Assembly: GCA_951406725.2 (NCBI GenBank)
Contig: OX597822.1
Span: 72,788,001 to 72,852,000 of the forward strand
DNA from: Octopus vulgaris
Lineage: Eukaryota
Direction of reading: 5' to 3'
Length of the DNA: 64,000 bases
In this document: positions 13,661 to 30,000 of the stretch, one piece after another
How the letters are laid out: each line of letters begins with the position of its first letter
How positions within the stretch are numbered: the first letter of the stretch is position 1
Notes under the pieces: model-generated
The model's input: the letters and a program-made list of their open reading frames with translations, nothing else
What the model was told of the DNA's origin: nothing
Database searches by the model: none
Made by a program: the position numbers and the translations under genes

Positions 13661-14577
13661 CTTTGTTTGTTGTTGGTATTTAGATTTTATTCCTTTTACC
13701 GCTGACCTTATTGTTATTTACATTAACACATTGATTTGTTTACAATGAATTGTTTAGTTTTCCTAAATATATTGATCTTAGAAATATTTGGATTGCTAAT
13801 AGTAACTGCCACATGTTTTATACTTGGGTTTTATCACCTAAATACACTCACTTCACTCTCGCTTTTTTCCTCTCTATCTTTCACGACATTTTCTTTCACA
13901 TCTCTGACTTTTTGTCATTCCGGTGTTATCTCCCTTTTCCTTCGTTTTCCTTTTAGTACGTCACTCTCTTTCCGCTATTTCTTATTCTCCTTTCTGATTT
14001 CATTCCATTTCTGATTTATATTTCTGACTTGTGTCTCTCTTATACTTCATGTCATTGTGTTATTCTCTTACATCACCCTGTTCATTTCCTCTGTTTCTTC
14101 CATGCTACTTTCTTTGCCCTTTATGAATATGTGTGTGTATGTGTATGTATGTGTGTGTGTATATGTATGCATGTACATAGACATCCGTGTTCGTATATAA
14201 CTATATATATATATGTGTACACACATATATACTTATGTATATATATACACATATATACTTATGTATATATACACATATATACTTTCATATATATACATAC
14301 ATACTTTTATATAATATACATATATACTTTTATATATATACTTATATACTTATGTATATATATCTACATATATACTTATATATATACATATATATATACA
14401 TACATATATGTATATATAGATATATATATAGTGAGATATGTATGTATTATATATGCATGTATATACACACACACACACATATATATATATATGTATATAA
14501 ACGTATACATATTATATATTGAGAGAGCGCGAAAAGGAGAGCAAGAGCTACTTTGATAGATAGATAGATAGATAGAT

Positions 14578-14645
<68 letters not shown>

Positions 14646-15231
14646 TGATAGGTAGATGTCCATAATACCTTGAAGTTTATGTTTTTATTTGTATATATTT
14701 TTTCACACTAAGCGTTTCATCTCATTTTAAATTTCCTCCGTGCGTTTTATATATTTGTTTGAAGACAAAGATTGAACGCAAACTGATATTCTTAATCATG
14801 CAATCATACTTCACTGTTCTTTTAATAAAACAACAATGAGGAAGAGCTGCTGTAGTAACAGTTACCATAATTGCAATAACAAAACTAGCTAATATACAGA
14901 CCAATCCAACTTTTTTAAATGCTCAGAGCAACGCTTACAACTGTTACAAGACGAAAAGAGTAAAAGAGTGTAACTGAGTGTAAATTTCTGTATTAACATC
15001 AAAAGTAACAATAACAGAAGACTAACATCAATAACAGCAAGTATTTAAACTAAACTACAAAAGAGAAATAACAACAAATACAATTAAATGGAGTAAGAAC
15101 TAGAATGGGGAGAAGAAAACGGATTGAACTTAAAGCACAAATAATATTAACAGAACCAATATTAGGAGAAAAAATAAAATCAATAGCGAGAACAACAGAA
15201 TTAATCTCACCACCACCAACAATAATAATAA

Positions 15232-15815
<584 letters not shown>

Positions 15816-15824
15816 TTAATAATC

Positions 15825-15889
<65 letters not shown>

Positions 15890-17796
15890 GCACTAGTGAG
15901 ATGATGATTGTGATTTTAGTAATAAAACTAAACAGCAATAACACAGGCAACAAAAACAGCAACAACTTGCAGACCTTTAAACGAAAATAGATAGTAATAA
16001 TAATAATAATAAACACAACAAAGAAAAACCATTGCAATGAAATCTCACACTATATGGACACAAGTTTCTCAAATACTAAACAACAATATCAACAATAGCC
16101 ATAAGTTGGCAGAGGGCCACCACTGTTTACATGAAGTGCAAAATCGATTGAAGCCATCCAACAAAAACGCCTCCAGTGGATTTGGACTCCAAACCGATAT
16201 TTGAGCAATGTATCTGTTCTTTATTACTGTATTATTGATCCTGAAAGGATGAAAGACATTGTAGACTCTAGTTTAAATTTAATATCCGATGGTAAAGGGA
16301 CGTAACTAAACAATTTAGGTCATATAAGTTCGATGTTCTGCAATGTGTGTTAGTATATCACTCACTTTGTATATCCCGGCAATATTTACTATTATATGAG
16401 GGATTATTTATAATCGTAAGAATTAACTGTGGCTCAAAGTCATGCAGCACAAGGGAGGATTTGGATAGAGAACTCCATCAATGTAGTTAAATGGAATTTA
16501 TTTTATAGATATTATTGTAACAATGAAACAGTGTGAGAATCAAGAACACATTAGCATGATTTGAAGTCAGAATGCAATTGTTTATAGGCAAATAATACAA
16601 AAACTATCATAAATAGCGTAATCTTTTGTAAATAGATAGATATAAGTACTGTCGTGTGTGAGTGGGTGGTAAGGAAGTTTGTACAATATAACGTCAGAAG
16701 ATCTGACCAGAGTAATTGAATAAATACACTGTAAGGTCAGTTAGTACGGCATTTAAAATCTTAATTAGCAAGTGACTCCAATTTCTTTAATTGTACCCAT
16801 TGACTCGAGAACAGGGCAACATTTTGTATAATATAGTCTTAAATGTGCTCTGAAGATGAAAAAATAGAAATGGCGCCGTAATACGTCTTGATCTGTGAGT
16901 ACGTGAGTAGTGTTGACCTAAGGTTAACCAGCAACAAAATATACAACAATATCCCGGTTATCCTAGTTAATGTCCCCAGAACATCGGGAGATAATGTTGC
17001 TAACGAGGGCAAACGAAAACTTTCGAAATAGATTGTGATGACCGTCCGTAAAATAAAACAGCTTAGCAAATATATAAACTGAGGAAGCCATAGATGAACA
17101 GTTGAATTTAGCACACCAACCTTTTTTGCATTACGCCGCTTAATATCTAGTTTTTCTAATATTCTGCTCCCCCCCGGACGAAATTATCTGTTTCAATAAA
17201 TAATTCTCGCATTATAAACGAATAAATATGATTCCAGATATATAAAAACACTGGAATGCCTCTGGTTATAAATCTAGGTAACCCTGGGTTAAAAATAAAC
17301 AATATCACGGGCATTGTACTATAAACTTCTAATCATAATTCTGTTAGATAGTGACAAGTATTTTACGCATCATAGTGAAACTTCAAGCGCAATCGGAAAT
17401 GTGTGTGTGTGTGTGTGTGTGTGCTCATGTCTGTGTGCATATTTATAACTTTGCAAATTTGTAAGTTTTATCTCAATCTCTTTCTCTACTCTCTCTCTCT
17501 CTCTCTCTCTCGCTCTCTGCCTATCGGTGTATCCCTTTGTATGTATTTCTGTCTGTGTGTAGTAGAATATTTTGTATATCTTTAATTCTGTATTTCACGT
17601 GTGTCATTACAGTATAAGAAACACCTTATAAATAGATAACAATATCAATATTCCTGGTAATATTATCAATAGAAAACATTCGCACTAAGCGACTCTCTTA
17701 GTGACGGTAACAGTATTAACACCTAAAGTTAATCTCATCTCCCACTGAACATGTATGCCTTGTCAGAACGCCGGGTACTGCATTATTAAATATACG

Positions 17797-17835
<39 letters not shown>

Positions 17836-17841
17836 TACACG

Positions 17842-17880
<39 letters not shown>

Positions 17881-17904
17881 ACAGACACACATATATATAT
17901 ATAA

Positions 17905-18255
17905 CAGGAGTGGCCGTGTTCAAGAATCTTGTTTCACAACCACATATTTACGGGTTCAGTCCCACTGCATGGCACCTTGGGCAAGTGTCTTCTACAATAG
18001 TTGCGGGCCGACCGAAGCCTTGTGAGTGGATTTGGTGAGGGAAACTGAAAGAAGCCCGTCGTATATGTACACATTTGTGTCTGTGTTTGTCCCTCCACCA
18101 GCGCTTGACAACCGATGTCGGTGTGTTTACGGTCCCTGTAACTTTGTGGTTTGGCAAAAGTAATCGAGAGAATAAGTACTAGCCTTTTAAAGAATAAGTC
18201 GTGGGGTCGATTTATTCGACTAGAGGAGGCGCTCTAGCATGGCTGAGGTCAAATG
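17905..18255 (+). mobile_element. tRNA-derived SINE, family A
   Basis: GGGTTCAGTCCCACTGC B box, CTTGGGCAAGTGTC, GAAACTGAAAGAAGCCCGTC core, AGCATGG tail. Confidence 0.8.
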
Positions 18256-18269
18256 AGTATATATATATA

Positions 18270-18887
18270 CTAGCATTAAAGACCCGTCGTTGCCTGGTCA
18301 TAGTGCTAGTGCATGTATATATGTGTATATATATGTGTACATATTACATGTACATTTATATATATACATCTACACATAAAATACAAAATACAAGGTTATA
18401 TCTTGATATCGCTAGTGAAGTGATAACAATACTCAAAATATATAACAGACTGGAATTGTTAGCCCGTCTCTTGTAATTTCGATCAATTGTATCTTGCCCT
18501 CCCTCTTGTATAGAAGTGTGGCTACAATCCAGCCTACCTCTAATACTGAAATAGTGGAGAAGATATGATATTGCTATGGGTTCGCTCTAGGCAAGAAGTT
18601 GAACATTTTTTGTGCCCATGAAAATACATGGACCCTAAGTAAGGCATGTGTAAAATTTGAATGGAATTGGTTGTGTAGTTCTCAAGTTTTAGGGAATCGT
18701 AGTGGAGAAGATATGATATTGCTGTGGGCTCGCCCTAGGCAAAAAGTTAAAATTTTTTTGCCGATGACACTCCTCGGACCCTAAGTAAGACGTGTAAAAT
18801 TTGAATGAAATTGGTTGTGTAGTTCTTAAGTTTTAGGGAAACAGACAGACAGACAGATACACATTCTCAGTTTTATATATATAAAGA
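18270..18887 (-). mobile_element. Non-autonomous Helitron
   Basis: Minus strand begins A|TCTTTATATATATAAAACTGAG, ends GACCAGGCAACGACGGGTC hairpin ... CTAG|T; no TSD; internal ~146-bp tandem duplication (18552-18840). Confidence 0.8.
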
Positions 18888-19163
18888 TATATATAGTTTT
18901 CATTAGAGTCCGAATAATATTAGCCGCAAGTGAAGTACACAATTATCTCTGAGTGAAATGTTTACATACGCCTATAAAATAGAAGCATTTATTAATTATT
19001 ATAAAATATGAAAAATACATAAAAACTGTCAATGTGAACGATAAATTATCTCCAAATAGCTTCTAAATATTCTTTACTGATTTATGCTCTCATATATTTG
19101 TTTATTCCACACAGTAGATAGTAACTGTGCATGCATGCACATAATGTCCTATAAACATACATA

Positions 19164-19197
<34 letters not shown>

Positions 19198-19559
19198 TTC
19201 TCTCTCTCTCTTTCTAACACACGCTCTTACACACATACACAGATACTGTTACACACAAACAAACATGCGCACACACACACACGTACACACACATTTATAC
19301 AAATATATATTTGTGTCTCTATGATAACCAAAAGGAAATATGCTTTGTGATCTACATCGTGACAAACGAAGCAACGTTTACATTTTCACCGAAACATGCC
19401 ACTGATTTCAATTGTTAAGACGATTTAATCATGCAAAATATTTTCAAAACTACTATAAAAAATAATAATGAACCTTGTAGTATGCACTTGTATCGGATAC
19501 TACTCACCGAGAATTAATACGATTATGTTGTCAAAGTAAAATTTAAACATAGTTTCTGT

Positions 19560-19830
19560 ATCATTCTGTTCACAAGATTAAAAAGAAATGAATGAAACTT
19601 GCAAAGTTTTTGGATATGCCACCCAACCACTCTTCAAATACCCAGTAAGTTTTATAAGAAGGAACTTAGATAAGCTAACCACCTCCCGAAACCGTTAATG
19701 ACAAACGTCTTATTGTATCTTTCGAATCTTCATACAAACATCCCGCATGCTTGTAGAGTTTGTAGCCGTTAAATGCTGGGCACATATGCAGCAGCACTCC
19801 ACAAAAATTCTTATCTGCAAAGGAGACGAG
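19560..19830 (+). pseudogene. Decayed L1/Tx1-like ORF1 zinc-knuckle relic
   Basis: PETVNDKRLIVSFE then frameshifted CRVC....GH pattern. Confidence 0.35.
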
Positions 19831-21127
19831 AGCAAAATATAGGTAATCTTTCTTTAAATATATACCATAGAAATCATAGAGAATATATAATTGTAATGGA
19901 ATTTAACCAACACAAATTCCAATTACCTGACACCTTAATAAAGTAAGAAGATACAAAAGAAAATCAAACAGAAATTTCTAAGCCTGCGGACTCCGAACTA
20001 TATCTGCTTTTCAATTTCTGTTACCCGAGAGGCAGAAGATTAAATATCCCTCATATTGTAGCGACGAAAATTTGCCTTATTGTATCCGATGAAACCATTC
20101 GTGAGATACGATTGCGAGAGCTTAAAGATACACTCATTGATAAAAGGTTTCACATTCTTTATAGATAACGGAATACAAACAGCGAAGAAAATTAACATCC
20201 AGGCTCAAAGACAAACGATGACAGATATATTAGAATTGAAAGTCTTACTGTATATCACCTATAACATTTTTGTTTCGAAATTTACCAAGACTCTAAATAC
20301 TTACAAGGATGAACTAAATTCTACAAACACGTAGCATTAGAAAAGGTAAAAGATCATCCAAATTAAAGAAAAAATATTAACTAATGCATTCGATGATCAT
20401 AACTGATATACTCAATGATCACAGAAGCAGCAATAAAATAATATGCAAATGATACAACGGTTGTATACGTTTCAGTTTGACAGAAGGGCTGGAGATCGTT
20501 TTTTAAATCTAATTCTTCAAAATAAGTAAGTTTACCTGTGCGTCTGATAACCAAATTAACACAATGACATGCGCAAGATGTTAAGTAAACTTGAGAAGGC
20601 TCAGAGGGATATATTTAAGCGCTAAATAACCCACATCTATCGCTCACACAGCTACTTAATACGACAAGAGCTTAAGCTGCTACGTCCACTATTAATACTA
20701 CTACTGCCACTACTGCCAAACGACTTGTTCCAGAATTACGAACCACTCCTGCGTATCGACAATGCCAATAAGGAACAATTGAACACTGCCAACATATATT
20801 GTTGCAAAAACTAAAAAGAGTTAGCAACCATCAGAAAAAGACTACCATGTAAATTTTAAAAGAGAAACATTGTAAACATTTGAAACTACAATCATGAAGA
20901 TGTCCTTTATATACCTGTGCATTTTTGTACGGTTGCTATCACTATTAAAATCTTACATGATTTAGAGGTAGACCAACAATATATAAATACACATACACAC
21001 ATATATTTAACTAGATGGATAGATATACTCGCGTATACATATACGTACGCATACTTATATTTTATTGGTTCGACATCTCTTTTTGGATATATATATATAT
21101 ATATATTTGTATATATATATATATTAT

Positions 21128-21577
21128 TTATATAAAGCTGAAGTTGTTTTATGTGTGTATGTGTGTGTGTGAGGGGACGGCAGGTTTGGTAGTCTTCAAC
21201 TAACACTATCTCCTCAGAGACCCTGCGGCGCAAGTTGACCAAAATTGAGAGTATGATAGAAGAAGGCTTGCTCTTCATTCCGTAGAAGAAAAAGTTCAAA
21301 TCCGACCATGTTAACACCAAAAATTATATACATCAAAAAGGTGCTTTTTTTCCATTGAAAATCCCTATTTTTTTACGATTTTTTTATTGCTGTGTCGCAA
21401 TTTTTCGATGTATTTCAACCCGAAAAATGCTCACTTAAAGAGAATAACAATCTACATAATGCGAAATGTTTACTTCTCAAAAAAGATTGAAACTATGTCA
21501 AAACTTTGTTAACGCGATATCAAAGTCTGCCGTTTTAAGCGCAACTAAAAAACAAACCCGAGCAACTATACTGCTAG
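21128..21577 (+). mobile_element. Non-autonomous Helitron (second family, decayed ends)
   Basis: TATATAAAGCTGAAGTTG + (GT)n start; ACCCGAGCAAC...TGCTAG|T end with half of the hairpin deleted. Confidence 0.55.
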
Positions 21578-21609
<32 letters not shown>

Positions 21610-22852
21610 TACACACACAAACTAGTAGTAAACATGTGTGAGTGCTGGTGTTTGTTTCTTCCAAATGCATATACATGTGGGCGTACAAGTGTATATGCAT
21701 TCGGGAGTGTGCGTCGATGTTCGTGTCCAAGTTTAAATTTACGGTGTAAAAACATTTTTCTTTCAACAGTGTAACTTAGTAATGCAATAAGAATAAATTG
21801 ATAAATATAACCAGACTTAAAACATCATAAGTTAGATATGATCGACAACATGACAGAATGAGATTGTAGACCCAGCATAACTGGAGACGGTTGACTGCCT
21901 CTTGTATAAGAAAAATAAAGTAACAAACACATATATACATGTGCTCTCTCACACACACAGAGGCATATACGCATATATTAACATACATAAAGCTACATTT
22001 AAATGTGCAGTTCCAAACACACCAGTGGACAATCACGCACATACATTCATAAAGACTCACCACACAGAATCACAATGCACAAAAGCTTAGTCTCAAGAGA
22101 ATTATGATGGTTGTCTCTTAAGATTTTTTATGCCAGTTTGTTGTAGAATATAATAATATATTTATTTATTCATATATCGATGCCAGGGTTTCAAATTCTG
22201 GCAAACTGTGTGTTTTATTTTTGTGTGTGTTTTAACATGTGAGGTACGGTTTAATATTGAACAATCTCTATGAAGCATACAATACTATTTGGTTATTATG
22301 TATTCTCATTTCTTGAGAGGAAAGGCAAAACATAGTTGGCACACACTCAAATTGTATCTCTTGGGTGTTTTATTATTATTTTCGTTACTGTTACTGGCAT
22401 ACTTTTATATTTTTTAGCTGTCTCTGCTTCGGTTGTTGTTTAAACCCAACTCACGTTTGAAAATCGTCTCCTGAAAATATATAACCATCTTGTAGATAAT
22501 TCTATCTCTTCTCTTTCATCTTGGTTCAATCATTGGATTGCTGCCATTCTGGGGATTCCCGCTTGTACGGTTTAATCAAGCAAACCAACCCCAGCACTTA
22601 TTTTAAGCCCTGTACTTATTCTGTAGGTCGTGTTTGTGAAAATATAAAGTTACGGGCATGTAAACAAAGCAACACTGGCTGTTAAGCAATGGTGAGGAGA
22701 AACACACACACACTCATAGATATAATCATATACATACATAGATAAATGTATATATATATATACATATGCATATACATATATATATATATATATATATACA
22801 TACATACATACATATCTGTATATATACGCATATGTATATTTGTATAAATATG

Positions 22853-22899
<47 letters not shown>

Positions 22900-23124
22900 A
22901 CACATACATGTATACATGTATATACACACACGCACATGTACATGTTGTGGCACCTGTTCCGTCTGTTTACCAATACAGCTGTGCATTATGCAATAGTGTG
23001 TGCAAATCTTGTCTTAGTTCAAGTGCCTTACATTGCATCATCAATGACTCTCCTTTACGATCAATGGCTTTGCTCGTATATGAGAAAGCAGTTACTATGC
23101 ATGTATGCGCGTAGGTAGACAGAC

Positions 23125-23213
<89 letters not shown>

Positions 23214-23733
23214 CAGAGAGAGAGAAAATAGTTTTGGCTTACCAAATCCACACACAAACAAAATATTTGCCCAAAGTGCCACAGTGTGTATCTGAACTCA
23301 GAACCATGTGACTGGAAGCGTACATCTAACTACACACCCGGCCTGGATCTCATATCTATTTTTTTATCTTTTTGAGTAAAATATTTTTAGTATCCTATTA
23401 TACCATTCATCGTTTTCTTTTTCTCTATAACTGCATAGGGAGACGTAAGTGAACTTCGGCTACTATTTCTAGCAGAATAAGTGATCATAGACCGGTTTCC
23501 TCTTGAAGATGTTTATGATATCGTTGTTGTCTACATAGAGTTGTTTCTCTAAGTATTGCTTTTGGGGATGTTGTTATCTGTTTGTTGTTGTTGTTGTTGC
23601 CGCTGTTACTGTTATTGTCGGTTTTTGTTGTTGGTAATGACGGTGGTGGTCGCTGATTTACCGCCGCTTCTCCTGGTGCTGTTGTTTAAATGCCCATCAC
23701 TTCCTTCTATATATATATGTGGGTGTATGCATA

Positions 23734-23782
<49 letters not shown>

Positions 23783-24115
23783 ATGCATGTATGTATGTAT
23801 GTGTGTGGGATTTTACATATGTGTATGTATGTATATATGTATGTATGTGAGTATGTTTCTGTCATGTATCCCTTGTTGTGTTTATTGTTGTTTTTTTATT
23901 GTTTGTATCTTGCTTTGATTTATTAATACTTGCATTTTTTTTGTCATTATTTAATGTTTCTTTTTTTATTATCGATTGTTGTCGATATTGTTGTTGCTTT
24001 TACTGTTTCTATTTACGTCGCTCCATATAAAATAGTGGCTCTTACAATTTCTCTTGTTGTTGCTATTGATGTTGTAGAAACTATTGTTGCGATTGCAGTG
24101 ACTATTGCGGTTTCG

Positions 24116-24184
<69 letters not shown>

Positions 24185-24248
24185 CATCTGTCATTATTAT
24201 TATTATTATTATCTGTTATTATTTTTCCTCTTCTGCAATTACTGATTT

Positions 24249-24280
<32 letters not shown>

Positions 24281-24919
24281 GCGTTGGCAGTAGTGCAATT
24301 ACTGTTGCTGAAAGTTTATTCCAGAATTTGTTGTTGTCTTCGTTGCCATTGCTCTTACCGTTGCTCTTACGTTTTGTTGTTACAGTCCCTCTTACCATTA
24401 CTACTTCTCCAGCTTCTTTTGATGTCACCGCTGTTTTTTTCTCTTCTTTTTTTTTTTTGCTATTTTAGCAGTTCTTCCTACTGTATATACTTCTGTTGTT
24501 ACTGCGATTCTTTTTCGTTTATATTTTGCTTATGACGCCGATGATGCTTCACTTGCAGTCGTACTTGTGTTTTGCTAATGTTGCTACGGCCATTTTTATT
24601 GTCGTAGTTGTTGTTGATGTTGTCTCCTATTGATCTTATTACTGCTTTCGTTACATGAAATATGCATATAACGAGCCTACCTCCATAAAAATTATTCCGA
24701 ATGGATGCTACATTCCATTTCTTGAATGCCGTTTTGTCTTCGTGGTTGCTCGTAGCAAGTTTTAGGAGGTAAGAGCGCATTGGTTGAGCCAAGACTGGTT
24801 TCAACTCCAGCTTCAAGCAATTCCGATTCGCTCTTCTCCCATTTTGATAATGATCGCCACGGACGTTACAGTTGCAGTTTACTGTCTCCTCTTGGATCAA
24901 ATAATTAGTTCATATATAT

Positions 24920-24987
<68 letters not shown>

Positions 24988-25156
24988 TGCTTTATTTTGA
25001 GATTGCTAATGTTAACAATACTCGCAAATAAAATACAGACTGGAGTTGTAGTGCTCCAAGTGAGCTATATTCCGCTTAATAATCTCAATGGAGGCAATAC
25101 AAGCAGAGACTAGAGGAACATAATGACCACATTCAAAATCCAGTATATACATACAT

Positions 25157-25197
<41 letters not shown>

Positions 25198-25247
25198 AGA
25201 GAGAGAGAGGCAATTAAAATATTTAATAACTTAATTGTATACACACA

Positions 25248-25310
<63 letters not shown>

Positions 25311-25364
25311 GTATGTAAGTATGCATGTATAGTAAAACGTATATGTTTTCCTTCATCTTGTATC

Positions 25365-25745
25365 TGTTACTTGTTTCTGTCATTATACTGTGGCCATGAT
25401 GGCTTGGAGAACTTTCATCGAACGAATGAATCCCAGTACTTATACGTTTATAAAACTTAGGACTTATTTTATCGGTATTTTTTGCCTAATCATAGATATA
25501 CGAGAACGAAAACGCCCCACCACTGCTTAACAAGCGGTACTGGGAAACAAACACAGTCACAAGACATACAGATGTATACATATTGATATATACGGTGGGC
25601 ATTTTTCAGTTTCCATCTACCAAATCCATTCGGAAGAATTTTGTCTGCCCAACATTATAGTAGAAGACACCTGACAAATGTGCCACTCAGTGGGATTGAA
25701 CACGGAAACATGTAATTGGGAAGAAAACTTCCTACCACACATCTA
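25365..25745 (-). mobile_element. SINE family A, older copy
   Basis: Head and tail both recognisable on minus strand. Confidence 0.65.
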
Positions 25746-25932
25746 CGGAAGCGCCTATATATACATACACATGCACACACACACTCACACATATATAATT
25801 AAATCAAGGGAAACTATTGCTAGTTCCCCTTATAATTATATTCATAAAATTAAATACTTTGTAATAATTTTTACCTAAATGGTTTATTATATGCTAGCTA
25901 CTCGACAAAATCCTATACAGATTTTATCCAAA

Positions 25933-25981
<49 letters not shown>

Positions 25982-25984
<3 letters not shown>

Positions 25985-26136
25985 AAAGTTTACGAAAAAA
26001 ACAAAACACGAAGACATGTAGTGTACAAAACAAACAGATGTATCAGTATAACGCTCAGGTATAGTAAAACTCTTTTACGTTTGGAGCCTGGGCTCTTCTA
26101 CAGAAAGCTACACAGAAAAAACAAGGAGAGAAACAA

Positions 26137-26138
<2 letters not shown>
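25982..26138 (-). mobile_element. Same pLTR/HHR family, degenerate core
   Basis: Reverse complement CTGTAGA-A-GAGC(CCAG)GCTC-CAAACGTAAAAGA; flanked by (TA)n on both sides. Confidence 0.6.
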
Positions 26139-26172
<34 letters not shown>

Positions 26173-27002
26173 CAATGGCAATCTATGCATACAATTCCAT
26201 ATTCGTATATGTACTCAAACACATACGTCTATATACGTATTGATACATACACATAGAGATATATATTATATACTTTGTTTCGTTAAGGTAGATCAACAAA
26301 ATATTGCTCTACTGAAACTTATGTATACCAGCCGAAATCCAATGTATATGAAACACAGTATAAGGCAAGATTGTATACAAAATACGACAGCGCGTTACAG
26401 TTAGCCGAAGTATAGCGATTTGTTTGACTAATGTATCGATTCTTCTTGACACAGGAGTAAGAAAGTTCAATTAACCGGGATTTTTAATTCTATATCAGAC
26501 ATTGAAAATTGCTTCAGCTAATTGAATTTCGCTGCTCGTTTTGTAAATCCATGACAGTAACATTTTACGGTAACTTTTCTATCATGTTATGGTTAACTGA
26601 TGTTTCCACGCCAGTGTAAAGTACTTATTCTATGGCCTTTTAATAATTTACAGTATGGCTTAGGGAAGATTCTTGCTGAAAAACTTTATTCTGAACGAAA
26701 TTGTCTCTGATTCAGGAAACTAACCTCGTATCTTTTTATTTTCTCGTTTTTGTTTTAAATTCCATTCAGCCAACAAAATTAACAAAGAAAAGCATGCACC
26801 ACTACATTGAAAAATGCTTTATCGTTGTTGTATTACATACAGGGATGAAATCTTCATTTGGCTTGAACCTTTGATATTTCAATTAATGATTTCCAAGCAT
26901 CGAAATCTTTTTTTCATAACTCTTGTTGCATACTCTTTGTGCGTTCCATTAGATTCCATGCGATTCTGTTGAGTTAATTCAGTTCTATATTCATCATGTA
27001 AA

Positions 27003-27557
27003 CGCGTGGTTCTCAACAGGGCGACATTATCCCCGGGGAGAGCAGTGGAAAATTTTGTAACAGCACTGGGGAACAAAATGGATGAAGGGCAATGTATAAA
27101 TATGTCCGTACAATTTTCTACTTACTTTTTTAATTCACCGAAGACTATTTAGATATGATTTTGCTTTTTATTTGGTTGTTTTAATTCAAGTACCACAGTG
27201 ACAATTCTTTCGCTAAAACCAAGCTTACTACTTGCTAGCGTATGTTTTGTACACAGAAACGTCGCGATTATGTTTCCATGTTGAGTTGCTGCTAAAATTG
27301 GTATGATCGAGCGCCAATATTAATTAGCTGCTGTCATAGGTGCGTACGTAGTACAAAGGTGGTTCGCTACCAAAACTGATGCGATTATGTCATACTACTG
27401 ATTATTTACCAAACTCCATCTATCATGATACAATTCAAATGGTTTATTGAATATAAAGTAATAAATTACGTATTTACTTCAACATACCACAGTTTTATAT
27501 AATCTTAATTTTGTAAACAGTATAGCAAATTTGAAAGAATATATATTAGGAACCACT
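27003..27557. mobile_element. Possible hAT/Charlie-type non-autonomous relic
   Basis: GTGGTTCTCAAC...CCCCGGGG start and TTAGGAACCACTA end resemble Charlie TIRs. Confidence 0.3.
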
Positions 27558-27702
27558 AAAATTCCAGTTTAAAGTGACTACAAATCATATCTATGTGTTT
27601 GGATTGCGGCATAAATCCCACAGGTAACAGATGTCTAACAAAATAGCCAGACATTGCACTAACAAATAACCAGACATTTCCTTTAACTATTCTGCCTGCA
27701 AA

Positions 27703-28037
27703 AGGGCACGGCTAAGTGGTTACGACGACGAGCTTACGATCGTGAGGTTGTGAGTTCGAATCCCTGCCTTGGCTGCGTGTTGTGTTTTTGAGCAAGACAT
27801 TTTATTTCACGCTGCTCCAGTTCACTCAGCTGTAGAAATGAGTTGCGACGTCACTGGTGCCAAGCTGTATCGGCCCTTACCTTTCCCTTGGATAACATCA
27901 GTGGTGTGGAGAGGGGAGACTGGTATGAATGGGCGACTGCTGGTCTTGCATAAACAACATTGCCCGCACTTGTGCCTGGGAGGGTAACTTTCTAGGTGCA
28001 ATTCCATGGTCAGTCATGACGGAAGGCGGGGTGTCTC
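27703..28037 (+). mobile_element. tRNA-derived SINE, family C, full length
   Basis: A/B boxes; 11-bp TSD TATTCTGCCTG at 27688-27698 and 28040-28050; homologous to 34776-35110. Confidence 0.85.
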
Positions 28038-28963
28038 AGTATTCTGCCTGTGTCACTTGGATGCTAGCCATGGATCATGTTTCCTTGCAGTTGTTTATAT
28101 ATATATATATATATATATATACAAAGGTGACAAGTGTAAGGAAGGTCGTTACTGAGAGGAATCAATGATGAAATTATCTGAAGACTCTACTCACACAGCA
28201 CTTCCAGGAATAGTAGGCGGAGAGATAGAGTTGTTCGAGACATGTATTGATATAGAGAATTCGTTATGTTGCTATTGCCTTAAGACATGAAATTGGTTGT
28301 ATTTACATTTCAGGCCTTTGAATATACAAGCAGGAAATTAGTGGGATATCACATAGTGATGATGTATATCTAGTAAGATACGTTTATTATATACTATGGG
28401 TATGAGATAAAATCTCATATTCTTCATTTGGTACAATCATTTTAAATTTCTAATTTCCGCAGAAGCATAAGTGGATTTTGATTTGAAAGTAGAATGAAGT
28501 GCTTTAAATAATGCAATATTTTATAAGAAATTTATGTAAGCTGGGCAATAACAAAAAATATAATAACGGTAAGAGGTATAAAGAAGCATTATCATCATCA
28601 AAATGTTCCTTTTTTTGGAAAATATAGATAAAAACACTCACAACACATACATCTAACACAACAATGAAAACTGAGTAAGGAGGTGAAAATGTGTACGCAT
28701 ATATGTATGTATAAATATATACATACGTATATATATATATATATATATAAATGTATTAAATGTTATGAGTTTTTATATATGTATATGTGTGTATACATAG
28801 ATGTATATGAATATATATATAAATATATATGTATATATAACGATGATAAATCTCAGAGCGATATATATATGTTAATTCATATATATATGTAGATATGTAT
28901 GTATATATATGCAAATTCATATATATGTATATATATATATATACATATATATATGTACATGTG

Positions 28964-29032
<69 letters not shown>

Positions 29033-29272
29033 TATATATATATATATATATATATATGTATTATGTGAAATAGAAAGATGAATAATCTTGTAGTAGATTA
29101 ATCAAAAGTTTAACCGATACCTTAGTAGCAAAAATCACAGCAGTAAACAGCACGGTTGGAGGTACAACCATATGGTGTTGCAACCGTGCGTTGGTGCGGA
29201 TAATTGAAATTAAAATATTATTGGTGAATTGAAGAAATGGAGCTGAACGCAGATTGAACAGAAATCGTTTTA

Positions 29273-29362
29273 TTTCATTCTACACGTGTTTCGAAAGGCA
29301 CAATTTACCAAAATCCGATTGAATAATGGGACCATATTGTGTCTTTCTCTTCAGGAAGAAAA
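29273..29362 (-). ncRNA. Type I hammerhead ribozyme (inverted copy)
   Basis: Reverse complement of the 30993-31083 motif in the left arm. Confidence 0.75.
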
Positions 29363-30000
29363 TAGGAAATCCGTTGGAAAAAACAAAAACAGAACAGAGG
29401 CGGAGCAAAAACAAATCGAACTAGGCTCCTAAGAGCCCATGGCGAAACTGTTTATCAGTGTATGTTGAGAACCGGTGGCTGAAGAATTTAACGGGTCAGG
29501 CATCGGTCAATCATGTGGGTGTGGGTGTGTAGATGTTCTTTGTGACCGAGAATAAAGTTCTGACTATTTAAGGAATATTGGATGTTTTATAAGGGGCGAG
29601 AAAAAATCTACTTAGAGACGTGTGTGTGTATACTGTTCTATATATGTGTGTGTTGGCGTAGGGGTAGAAAACATTTTTTGTGTACGTGTGTGCGTTTGAT
29701 CGTTCGGCTGTCAGTGGCTACTGCAGTGAGAACCGTTGGGTGGCAGAAAAAAAATATATATATTATGTTTTATGTGTGTGTGTGTTCATCTAAGCCTGCC
29801 TTGTCAAGGAAACCCCCGTTGTGAAAAAACCAAGCCCCGTTTATCTTACAGGAGTAATTCCCCTTGCAGTGGTTAATCGTAGATATCTTAAAGGCTATTT
29901 CAGAATTTGTTACCAAGGGCTATGGGTGCCGGTATTATTTATAAACGCTATTTAAAAGCCAGATAAGTGTAACGCCGCCAATGGGGGCATCGAAACTAAT